A stretch of DNA of 64,000 bases from assembly GCF_018350175.1 (NCBI RefSeq), contig NC_058368.1, positions 148,988,001 to 149,052,000 of the forward strand, written 5' to 3'. The notes below the pieces were generated by a model. That model was not told the DNA's origin, did no database searches, and saw only the letters and a list, made by a program, of their open reading frames with translations. This document shows positions 53,265 to 64,000 of this stretch, piece by piece. A program made the position numbers and the translations under genes. The DNA is from Felis catus. Taxonomy: Eukaryota. How positions within the stretch are numbered: position 1 is the stretch's first letter; every line of letters begins with the position of its first letter.

Positions 53265-53705
53265 TGTAATGTAAGCCCTGACAGTTGGTTTATCTTTTTT
53301 TGTAAGGTAAACAACTGACTGAAGATTTGATTACTGAGGCACTCATTTCAAAGAGGCATTGACTTCAAAGATGACGATCTTGAATAAACACATTACCAGC
53401 CACAGGACTAGATAAAGGGCTAAAGCACCCTCCCACTCAAGTCTCATGTGTTTTAGAGATCTTGGTTGATTTGGATAAATGACAATTTGGGTTACTTATA
53501 TTTTTCTCTTCCAGAGTTTTAAATTCCCACTCTTAATGTTTTAAATTTACCAATAAATAGTGAGCCTGTGAAAACTTAGGCCCATAACTTGGATTCCAGT
53601 AAAAGCAGAATCCCAGGCCCAAGCATTCTCTCTCTTTCTCTACCCACAACCTCATCTGTGGTTCCAGGTATGCTGTGCGCTTTCCAGGACCTGTTAATAA
53701 TGATC
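53265..53705 (+). mobile_element. Probable ERV LTR relic (carnivore type)
   Basis: tgtaa start, ccaataaatagtgagcctgtgaaaac...agtaaaagcagaatcccaggccc..ctctctct...ccaggacctg; family not pinned down. Confidence 0.45.
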
Positions 53706-56700
53706 AAATTCACAAATTTATTACAACGCTCCAGAGAGGAGTCTGTCCTATTTTGCACTGTAACCCGACACATGTTGCTGAACATCCTTGAACTGAATTT
53801 CTTCGTTTGCTACTTGGAAGGAACAAGGACATTGATTCTTCTCCAAGGCTGTAAGTTGGAGTTTGAAAATAAGGTAAAAATAAAGCAAGGATGTGAACAT
53901 ACTTTAAACATGATTGATCCCAAAACACTCAAGAATGAATGCAATGTAAACACAGCAGAGAGCTGCCACTTCCCTGAACTTTCTTAAGGCTCCCTAGAGG
54001 CTCAGAAGCACAGGCTGCTTCCTTCTCTCCTTGCCGTTCTGGGCACCGTGAGGTCCTTTCAGAGAACATGCATCCCACAACCTTGCTTTTAAGTATTTGG
54101 CAGAAAATTTCACATAATGTTTAAGACAATCAGGACTAGAATATTTTGTCCATGCCTATGTGATTGATATCTCTCTTATGTAAGATTACTAACAATGAAA
54201 TTATAATATATTCCATGCTTCAGACAGAAATGTGTGTTACAGATTTTTTCTAACTGATAAGTTGAAAATTTCTGGCATCAAGCAAAAATATTACTTCCAG
54301 TTGCAGTTCATATGCGTTTCTATTCACATTTTATATTTATGCATGGATATATTCAACTTTTTCACAATAATAATGGATTTAACTTGAGGCAGTCATGAAA
54401 GAAGCCTTTATTTGATTTTTAAATTAAGAAATAACAAATACATAAATCTGAATGAACATAATGTGCAAGGAGTACATTTTGTGTGAGGATTCAGAGTACT
54501 TGAAAAACAGAAAGGCTCTCTTTCATAGCACATATAAATATATCCTTATTCATTTTAAACTTTATCCGCTTCACCGCAAAATTTTTTCAGCAGTACTCTT
54601 CACTTACATGTATTGTGAACAACTATTGGGGAGGAATAAAAATGTTGTTGTTCAACATTTCAATTATAAAAAATTGCCTTCTGTTTTATTAAAAGAATAT
54701 GATTGATATTGTTCTGAAACATAATTGTCTTGCTTTTGAGAAATTGCTTCTTTAAGAGAAATAACTTTTACCAGGAATTCTAGATTTGTTTCAACTTTTT
54801 GGCCCCCACAAATGAAATGGACAGATTTAAGTGCATCTCTCTGTGGTCAATGTCTACATTGATCGAGAGTACACAGGTGCTACAGCAAAATTATCAGTCC
54901 AAATTTGTATTAGACAATTTTAAGAGCCTTCATGTTTGGGAACATTCACGTTGTAAAAGGGAAAATTATAACATGTGGCAAAAAGTAAAACCTAAGTACC
55001 CATGGATTTCATACATTTATTACATTATTTCAAATGGGAATGTCTGTGATCCTCCTTCAAATGATAGAGCAACTTATATCATAGCAAAAAAGAAGGAAAC
55101 ACTCACTTCTGCATATGAAATAAAGAAAAAAATTGTGATGCCGATGCTGCCTACTGCAGGAAATAGAGACACACCGTACATAGCCCTGCAATCCAACCTG
55201 AAAATGCCCTGTCCTTCCTTTAGCATTGACCCAAACCATACAAGAGTCTAACACTTCAAGGAGTCAGTCCTGGTGGATCTTAGTAACTTGAAGAAGGTGG
55301 CGTAAAGCAGTTTTCTTAGGCTGCGTGCACTACATAACAAAATGTGAGAATATGTGCTACTAACATAAAGAAACGTGCGGATCAGCTATGCCTTTGCCTG
55401 ATGGCTAGTAGAAGTATATACCTCCAACAGAATTCTTGTTTTACATTGTTCTGTTTGTTCTCTCTCTTGTTAAAAAAATACATTTTTCTTATTTTATTTT
55501 CATACTCTTATTATTAATTACTGATAAAGATAGTTCATTACCCAGTTAAATGAGAAAAGATGACTTTTCACATGTGCAAAAAAACTAAATAAAGACTAAA
55601 TACCTGTGAAATGAACTCATTTCTTATTTTCAGATCCCAAAGCAGACTCTAATCTTTGTTCCCATATTAGTGACTATGATTATATGAAAACAGTTACACA
55701 TTTCTAAAAGTTAAGTTGCATTAGATTATGCTTTAAATTAATCACATTTACTAGACAAAATTAAATGGAGAGGTTCCAGAAAATGTGGGCTTTTATTTGC
55801 CCTGACTTACTTAGAATTTCTTTTGTAATGGCTTGAAGCCAGGACAGAATTGAGGAAGTTTATTCATGTCCTTTAAAGTCAAGAATTCTGAGTAAATCCC
55901 TGTGCATAAAGTTGTCTTTCCAACTTTGCTCTCATGTCATTCAATCTGAAGAGATATTGGCTATAATGAGATTACTCTCAGAAGGGCTTTAGGACAATTA
56001 TTACATCTTCATTTTTTAAAAAGACAAGGTTCATTTGATTCTCCATTAGAAGCTTACCAGCCCATCACAAAATGATTCTTCGTATCATTGATGCTGAGTG
56101 AGGCACTCTCCTGCACTCTTCACATGCCTATCCAGTGAAAAATAGAATGCTGTTATGGGCACGTTGCGAAGGAGACTGATCATTATACCGACAAAGGCTG
56201 AAACATTAACTCACCATATTACATTACTTTCATCGGTAATTTGTTTCTCATTCTTCCTTTCTGAAAACAAAATAGGAGTGTCTAATTCTGGAGTCACTAG
56301 ATCTGACCCAATTAGCTTTCCTATTATTTGAAAACAAATAGACTTTCAAAATCCTCTTTTTGCAAAGACTCAAATTCCGTAGTACAGCATTCATGAAACA
56401 GCATGTTCCATTTAAACAATGTATCTCTCTTTCCTGCTAGACGTTTAATTTTTTAAGAATAGAGAACCCAATATTGCTGTTATGTGTGTGTGTATACATA
56501 TATATACATGTATGTATATATACAGATGCTAGCATAAGTATATATAAGTATTTGTATACATCCAGATGCTAGCATAAGTCCTGCTACATAGTGGATAATC
56601 ATTATGTCCAACTGACTTGATTTATACTTCAGACGTCCAGGTGTAGATGCACATCACCTGGTTTAAAACGTGCTTATGATAATGTTGCACTTCATTTCAT

Positions 56701-57311
56701 AGAGCTTTAGTCATGCCAACATTGAGTATATCCAGTTCTTTTCTTCTTGTTGTTATAAGTGTTTAGTCATTTCTGATACTGCTTTATAAACTTGGCATAT
56801 CTCTTTGGACCACAAAACATTTGGGCTCAAAGTCCTCTGATCTGTTTTTGCTGTTAGGGAACCTGTTAGCAATTCTATGGCAACTTGACCCTTATTTTGC
56901 TGTGCCTTCCAGAGAAATTCCCTCATGCCTCCTCCTCTTTCTGATTAAATTCCTCTGCTTAAACAGTCCCTATGTCTTTTCTTACTGCACCTCAAATTGG
57001 GTATAGGATACAACTAGAGGTAGCACTAAGAGCTCATTCATTTCCAAAAAAATTCTTAAATATTTTATATTGTAAGTAGGATCCTGTGCCACTTCAGTTT
57101 AATTCATTTAACAATTTTAATAAGTACCTATCTATTTCTTGCCAAAGTAGTGTGCTAAGTGCTGGAAAATAAGAGTTAAATTTCCTACTCTTTAAAAACT
57201 TCTACTACTGTCGTGGACTTTATTGCACATATCCAACCATTTGGTTCTTCATAGGAAACTCCCTATTTTTTCCCTTCCTATAAAGCTCTCTGTGATTATC
57301 TGAAAGTTCCA

Positions 57312-58746
57312 TTATTATGTCAAGGTAATTTCCTTCTATTCTCAATTTGTTTAGAGTTTTGTGTGATTAATGAGAGTCTCTTCAATAAAGGGTGCTGGGA
57401 AAACTAGATATCAAAAGAATGAAATTGGACCCTTGCCTTATACCATTTATAAAAATCAATTCAAATTGGATTAAAGACTTAAACATAAGACCCAAAACCA
57501 TAAAAATTCTAGAAGGAAGCGTAGAGAGAAATCTTGACATTGGTGTTGGCAATGAATTTTTTAGATACGACACTGAAAGCACAAGTAGCAATAGCAAAAA
57601 TAAACGAGTGGGACTACATCGAACTAAAATGCTGCACAGCAAAGGAAACAACAAAATGGAAAGGTAACCTTAGAATTGGAGAAAATGTTTGCAAATCATA
57701 TATCTGCTAAAAGTTTAATACAGAAAATATGTAAGGAACTCATAGAGCTCAATAGCAAAAAAAACAAAAAACAAAACAAAACCAAAACAATCACAAATAA
57801 CCTGATTTTTAAAATGGACAAAGGACCTAAACAGACATTTTTCAAATAAAACATACAGATGACCAACAGGTTTATGAAAAGATGCTCAATATCACTGATC
57901 ATAAAGGAAATGCAAAACAAAATCATAATGAGGTACCACCTCATACCTTTAGGGATAGCTATAATAAAAAGTCAAAAGATAACAAGTATTGGTGAGAATG
58001 TGAAGAAAATGCAATCTTTGTACATTGTTAGAGGGAATGGAAATTGGTATAACCATTATGGAAAACAGTAAGAAACTTCCTCAAAAAATTAAAAATAGAA
58101 TTATCATATGACCCAGGAATCCCACTGCTGGGTAGATATTCAAAGGAAATGAAATTGCTATATCAAAAAGCTATCTGATCCCCTATATTCATTGCAGAAT
58201 TATTCACAGCAGCCATGATATGGGAACAACCTAAGTGTCCACCAACAGATGAATAGAAAAAGAATAGGTGGTATGTATGTATACAATGGAATATTACCCA
58301 GCATTAAAAAGAAGTCAATCCTGCTATTTTTGACAACATGGATGGGCCCAAATATTGTGCTATATCACATTTGGAATCTTTAAAAAAAGCCAAATTTATA
58401 GTAACAAGGAGTAGAAGTAGTTACCTAAAGCTGTGGTTTGGGGGAAAGGGAAGATTTAAAAAAAAGTAGAAGGAGGAGGAGGAGGAGGAGGAGGAGGAGG
58501 AGGAGGAGAAAAAGGTAGACTGGTAGTCATCAGGATTGAAGAGAGGGAGTCATGGTGAGATACTGTTTAATGGGTATAGAGTTTCAGTTCTGAAAGATGA
58601 AACATTATGGAGGTAGATGATGGTGAGGGGTGCACAATGATACGAATGTGTTTAATACCAGTGAACTGTGCACATAAAAATGGTTGAGATAGGAAATTTT
58701 ATGTTATATGTATTTTAGCCACAGTAAGAAAAACTGAAAAAAATAA
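57312..58746 (+). mobile_element. 5'-truncated LINE-1 3' end with short 5' inverted piece
   Basis: ORF2 fragments KRMKLDPCLIPFIKINSNWIKDLNIRP and EMQNKIIMRYHLIP; 10-bp TSD gaaagttcca at 57302-57311 and 58747-58756; internal (GGA)n 58472-58508. Confidence 0.92.
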
Positions 58747-58837
58747 GAAAGTTCCAAATTTCATCTAACTAATTAACATTTAGGCTTGTCACTTATATTC
58801 CTAGACTAGGTATTAGCACATTCTACCACCGCAAAAT

Positions 58838-59020
58838 AGTAATAATACTTATTTAGTATGTACCGTGCCAGGGTGTTAAATACATTGTAAATGATATCCT
58901 ATTTTTAGTTCTCAATAAGAATGCTAAGTCTCATAGAAGGTCAGTGACTTAGGACAATTTATACATCTAGTAACCAGCTAGGAGCCAGAATCTAAACTCA
59001 GATCTTTCTGACCCTGTACA
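58838..59020 (-). mobile_element. MIR fragment
   Basis: tatgtaccgtgccagg...gaaggtcagtgacttagg...ggagccagaatctaaactcagatctttctgac. Confidence 0.7.
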
Positions 59021-59252
59021 CACCATACTGATACACTAAACAACTATCTTACAAATTTAAAGGACACAGTTGTAGCATGGTAAGCCTTCTTCTCACCCAG
59101 TAAATCAGCCTTTTTAACTACTTTTAAAAGTGACTTTTACTTGTCTCTTGAACTTTCTACTTCCATAAGACTAATCATTTAAAGAAGCAGTATATCAATG
59201 CATAAAAACAAGTGCATAATGGGGGAGAAAAACCTAAAGTTCCAACTGTGGG

Positions 59253-59255
<3 letters not shown>

Positions 59256-59286
<31 letters not shown>
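59256..59286. repeat. (GT)n microsatellite
   Basis: Direct read. Confidence 0.95.
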
Positions 59287-59288
<2 letters not shown>

Positions 59289-61360
59289 CTGAAACTGAAG
59301 GCTTCAGTCTGCTTCTCACATATATATTTTAAAACTCTGACCATCCTTGGGGGAGAGTAAGACACAGTGACCTCTATTCAAAACCCTGTCAAAAATGTCT
59401 TCCTTTATATTTGGTATAAGTATGCTAGAAACTTTAGTTTCTCTTTAAAATAGATAAAATTTATATGTACCTTGTAAGAAAATTTTGGCAATTCATCATT
59501 TGCTGTCAAAGGCTTGGGGAAATCTGGATGAAAAGTGGGAAGTAAATGAAAACTTCAATAAGAGAAAAATGAGGAAGTCCTTTGTATTATTGTATAGCTA
59601 ATTCATTCAAACACTTTTTGAAATAATGAAATTTTTCATTATCAAGACTTTGGATTAATTTAGGTAGTCATATTCACAGTATAAATTCATACTGAGCACA
59701 TTATAATTTATTACTGTAGTATGTATTTTATACACCTGTGCTTTATTTAGATTGCATTTTATGTGTACATATATACACACATACACATACATGTATCATG
59801 TACAAATAACATGTGTATGGTATTATAACAGTATCAAGTTCCACATGCCCATGAGATAAAATTCTACTAAAAATTCTTTCCTCACCTAAAACCTTAAATA
59901 AATTCTTAAATAAAAAGAAACAATGTCAATATTACCTAAAACTGCTTTAAATTTTTGAACTAAATAAAAATTACTTTGGTTTTGATCAAAGTAAAAATGA
60001 AAAGTCAATAGATAATGGACTGAACCATTACTACCAACTTCATTAGAGAAGGCAAAATTTTTCACCACAAAGAAATATTACAGAGCAGATGCAGAACATC
60101 TAGAAGTTTAACAGTACTGATTTTCTTGAACACAATATCCCTTGAGATTATGTTAAAAGAAAAAGGGAAAAAAAACACTCCGACATTTTAAAGTGTCAAT
60201 AATGGTTTAATATAGTGAAAGAATGCAGAGGGAATAGACAGTCTTCGCAAACATCAACTTGTCATTTTCTTAATATAGCAAACTATGCACATTCTGTAGC
60301 ATAAAAACTTGGCGGGTGCATACAGGTTAAACATGTACACATCCACACAGTCAAGGAAATCTTACCATCTCTGTCAATACACTCAACATGAAGTGGCAGT
60401 AAGATTGTATATGACAATCTCCAAAAGAAAATAAAATGCCAAAAGCAATAGGTCAGGAGAAAAATACAGTTTGGAGTGAGGTAGGGTAAGGGAATTTTGA
60501 GTGTCAATAACTCTTTGACAAAATACATCTAAAATCTACAGGCAGCTCAAAGAACACATTTGAAATCACAGACATGGAAAAGAAATCATTTCCCTAGTAA
60601 TTCAAATACCAAGGAGTATTCTCAAAGCTTAATTTCTCCTCTTTTCCTTGGCATAAATGTCTTTCCTATCTATGTCTTCCTGCAGAAGGATTCATGATTG
60701 ATTTTCATTACATATGTCAACATAAGCCTTAAATATTAACTTCAAACTTTAATTATGACTAAATCATAACCAGAGCCTAATGGGATAGACTTTAAGGTTC
60801 AAGCCAGCATAGATTATTTAGAAGAGAGAAGCATGGAAAAGAGAGACATGGTGTAACCCCATTGTATGCCATGAAAATACACAGACATCTAAGATGAGTG
60901 ATCAAAGGAAATCTAACACAGAGTATTAAACTTAATAGGGAAGAATCAATAAGAAATGGTGATGTGGTAGGAATTGTAATTGACGATTCTAAATGTAGAG
61001 AGGAAAATAGATAATGTTTTGTTCAGTCAATTTATCAGAGTGGCTTTATGTCAGAATCAGATGTTGGTTAGCTAATTGAATTACTCAGATAGTCAGAAAG
61101 CAGAAAGCCAGTTATTACCTTGGCATGATATTTAAGGTCCTTATAGTATTTATAATATTTAAATAGAAAAATAATCTAGGAATATTCAGTCTTCTTGATT
61201 ATAATTTTACCAACGACGAAAAGTTGATTGATGATCAAATACTACAGAGAAGCAAATACTAGGGGGAAGAAGTAGCAGTCTAAACCACTAAGAAAAGAGT
61301 CCAAATAAATAGAATTTATTATTCAAGGGAAAAATCAAGCAATTTAAATATAGAAATTGT

Positions 61361-61535
61361 AATCTCATGGTTTGTGGGTTCGAGCCCCGCATCAGGCTCT
61401 GTGCTTGATGGCTCAGAGCCTGGAGCCTGCTTCGAATTCTGTGTCTTCTTCTCTCTCTGTTTCTCCCCTGCTCATGCTCTGTCTCTCTCTCTCTCCTTCA
61501 ACAATAAATAAACATTAGAAAAAAATTAAAAAATA
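61361..61535 (+). mobile_element. 5'-truncated Can-SINE
   Basis: Starts at atctcatggtttgtgggttcgagcccc (head missing); atagaaattg repeated at 61350-61359 and 61539-61548. Confidence 0.93.
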
Positions 61536-61904
61536 AAGATAGAAATTGCAGTGACAAAAACTCTGTAAGAGAAAAACATTATGAAATTATAAGCAACTCT
61601 ATTGATTACATGATTATCACTTTGCAGATACCAAAGCCAAGACCTCAGACATGATCTTTTTCCTAGCTAGACTTTGTTTAAGCTTATTATGAGCCCCTCA
61701 TGTGCTTACCACCCCCCATGCCCAAAGAAGGAAGAAAGGAAAGCAATCTTGTAGATTGTCCACAGGGTAGCATGAGCAGTCTGAACTCAGATACTGCGCC
61801 CATTTCTTAACAGAGTGACTGTATGTAATTCTCCATGTATGCAAGTCAGTTTTGCCCACTGATAAGCTTCTTGAAAAAATGAGTATCTGCAGTTTGAAAC
61901 TGTT

Positions 61905-62564
61905 ATTTTTTAAAGTAATATATTAAGGTAAAATTCACATAACTTAAACCATTTTAAGGTGAACAATTCAGTTTCTATTAGTATGCTCACAGTGTTATAT
62001 AACAAACACCTCTATCTAGTTCCTAGACATTTAGATTACTCTAAAGTAAGCACCTTATGTATTAAACAGTTTCCCTTTATTCTGTCTCTCCTAGGCCCTG
62101 GAACCCAGCAGTCTGCAATCTGTTTCTATAGATATCTATTTCACATATTTTGTATAAATGAAATCATACAACGTGTGACCTTTTCTGTTTGGCTTCTTTC
62201 ACTTGCCATAATGTTTTGGAGGTTCATCATGTTGTTTCATGTATCGGTACTTTATTTCTTTTTATACTTGAATAATATTCCATTATATGTATACACTGCA
62301 ATTTGGTTATTCATCATCAGTTGCTGGGCTTTTGGGTTGCTTCCACCTTGTGGCTGCTATGAACTGGATGAATATGTATGTACTTGATTACCTGCTTCTG
62401 ATTCTTGGGGGTGTATGTCTAGTTTTGGAAAATTCAGGATTATACAGTGTTTCTATATATAATTTTTGAGGAATCACCCAACTGTTTTGCATAGTGGCTG
62501 AACCATTTTACACTCCTACCAGCAATATACAAATGTTCCAAATGTCTTCACATCCTTGCCAAGG

Positions 62565-62597
<33 letters not shown>

Positions 62598-64000
62598 TTT
62601 AATCATAGCTATCCTAGTTGGTAATTTGCTGTTTCAATGTGGTTTTGTTGTGCATCTAAGTACTAATGATGTTGAACATCTTTTCAATTGCTTGATGGCC
62701 ATTTGTATGGCTTCTTTAGAGAAATTTTTGTTAGAGTTCTTTGCACATTTTTTAATTGGACAGTTTGTCTTTTTGTTGTGAGAGTTCTTTTTATATTCCG
62801 AGTCCTAGATTCTTATACAATATATGTTTGCAAATACTTTCTCCTATTCTGTGATGGTCATTTTATTCTTTTGATGTCTTTTGCTGCTCAAAAGTTTTTA
62901 GTTTTGATGAAATCTAATTTATTCATTCTTTCTTTTGTTGCTTGGCTTTTGGTGTCATACCTAAGAATCCACTGCCAGATTCAAAGTAATGAAGATTTAC
63001 CTACTTGTTTTCTTCTAAGAAGTTTCTGATTTTATCTCTTGTATTTGTGGTGTATTCTGTTTGGGGTTAATTTTTGTATATTGTATGAAGTAGGGGTTCA
63101 ACTTCTTTATTTTGCATATGGGAATCCATTTTTCCAAATACCATTTGTTGAGAGTATTCTTATCCTTTTGCCATTGAATGGTCTTAGCATCTTTATTGAA
63201 AATTAATTGACTATAGAGATACAGGTTTACTTATGGTTTTTCATTTCTGTCTCATCATACTGTACGTTTATCCTTATGCCAGAACCACATTGTTTTCATT
63301 ACTGAAGTTTTGTAGTAAGTTTTAAAAACTAAAAGTTTAAGTCCTTGAGCATTGTTCTTTTTCAAGTTTGCTTTTGTTATTCAGGGTCCCTTGCGACTAC
63401 ATATGAATTTGAGAATGGGATTTTACATTTCTGCAGAAAGACTGTTGGAATCAAATTGAGATTACATTGACATCTGAACAACATTAAGTCTTACAATCTG
63501 TGAACACACACTATCTCTCCATTGTTTTGGTCTTTTTTTTTTTACTGTATATTGTCAATAGCTTATAAATTTCAGTGTACAACTGTCTCACTTGTGTGGT
63601 TAAATATATTCCCGAGTACTTTACTTTTTCAGATGCTATCATAAATGGAATTGTTTTCTTAATTTCCTTTTCAGATTACTCATCCTAGTATATATAATAC
63701 AACTGATATTTGTGCGCTGATTTCCTAACCAGCACCTTTGCTGAATTTGTTCCTTAGCTCCCTTTTGTGTATGTGTGTGTGCATTCTTTGAGATTTTCTA
63801 TATATAGGATCATGTCATGTGCAAATAGAGTTAATTTTACTTTTTTTTCTTTCTAATTTGGGTGTTTTTTACTCCTTTTTCATGCCTGATTATACTGGTC
63901 AGACTTTCTGGTAAAATATTGAATAAAGTGGTAAAATCAGCATCCTTGTTATGTCCCCAATATTACCAGGAAGTTTTTAGTCTTTCATCTTTGAGTGTGA
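61905..64000 (-). mobile_element. LINE-1 3' portion (L1MB-like), runs off window end
   Basis: aaattcacataacttaaaccattttaaggtgaacaattcagt 3' end, then reverse-complement ORF2 C-terminal sequence; internal (TG)n 62568-62595. Confidence 0.92.

Noticed and set aside
53589..53987. 132-aa plus-strand ORF
   Set aside because: TTG start inside a probable LTR relic; no recognisable motif
54799..55251. 150-aa plus-strand ORF
   Set aside because: TTG start, no recognisable domain; not called as CDS
61959..63029. Hydrophobic, membrane-protein-like ORFs
   Set aside because: Antisense translations of T-rich L1 sequence

Overview
AT-rich, repeat-dense mammalian genomic DNA from a felid (cat-like) genome, judged from many tRNA-derived Can-SINEs (several of the young SINEC_Fc type) and carnivore LINE-1s. 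Roughly half the window is transposable-element debris: about 19 Can-SINEs, about a dozen L1 pieces of different ages, a Tigger1-derived DNA transposon, LTR relics, and MIR/L2 fragments. I recognise no intact host protein-coding gene or RNA gene; the listed ORFs with recognisable products are disrupted L1 ORF1/ORF2 or SINE read-throughs, and the rest look like chance frames. I found no new multi-gene system. The most unusual signals are structural: (i) a 4.2-kb L1 with an intact 5' end, no 3' half and no poly(A), yet flanked by a 16-bp TSD (internal-priming signature); (ii) a complex templated insertion copying 37 bp of an L1's own 5'UTR into its ORF2 start; (iii) 5'-inverted (twin-primed) L1s; (iv) a consensus CTCF motif in an L1 5'UTR; (v) weak candidate minus-strand exons in unique sequence. 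Repeat subfamily names are from recalled consensus similarity, not a database search; boundaries are approximate.
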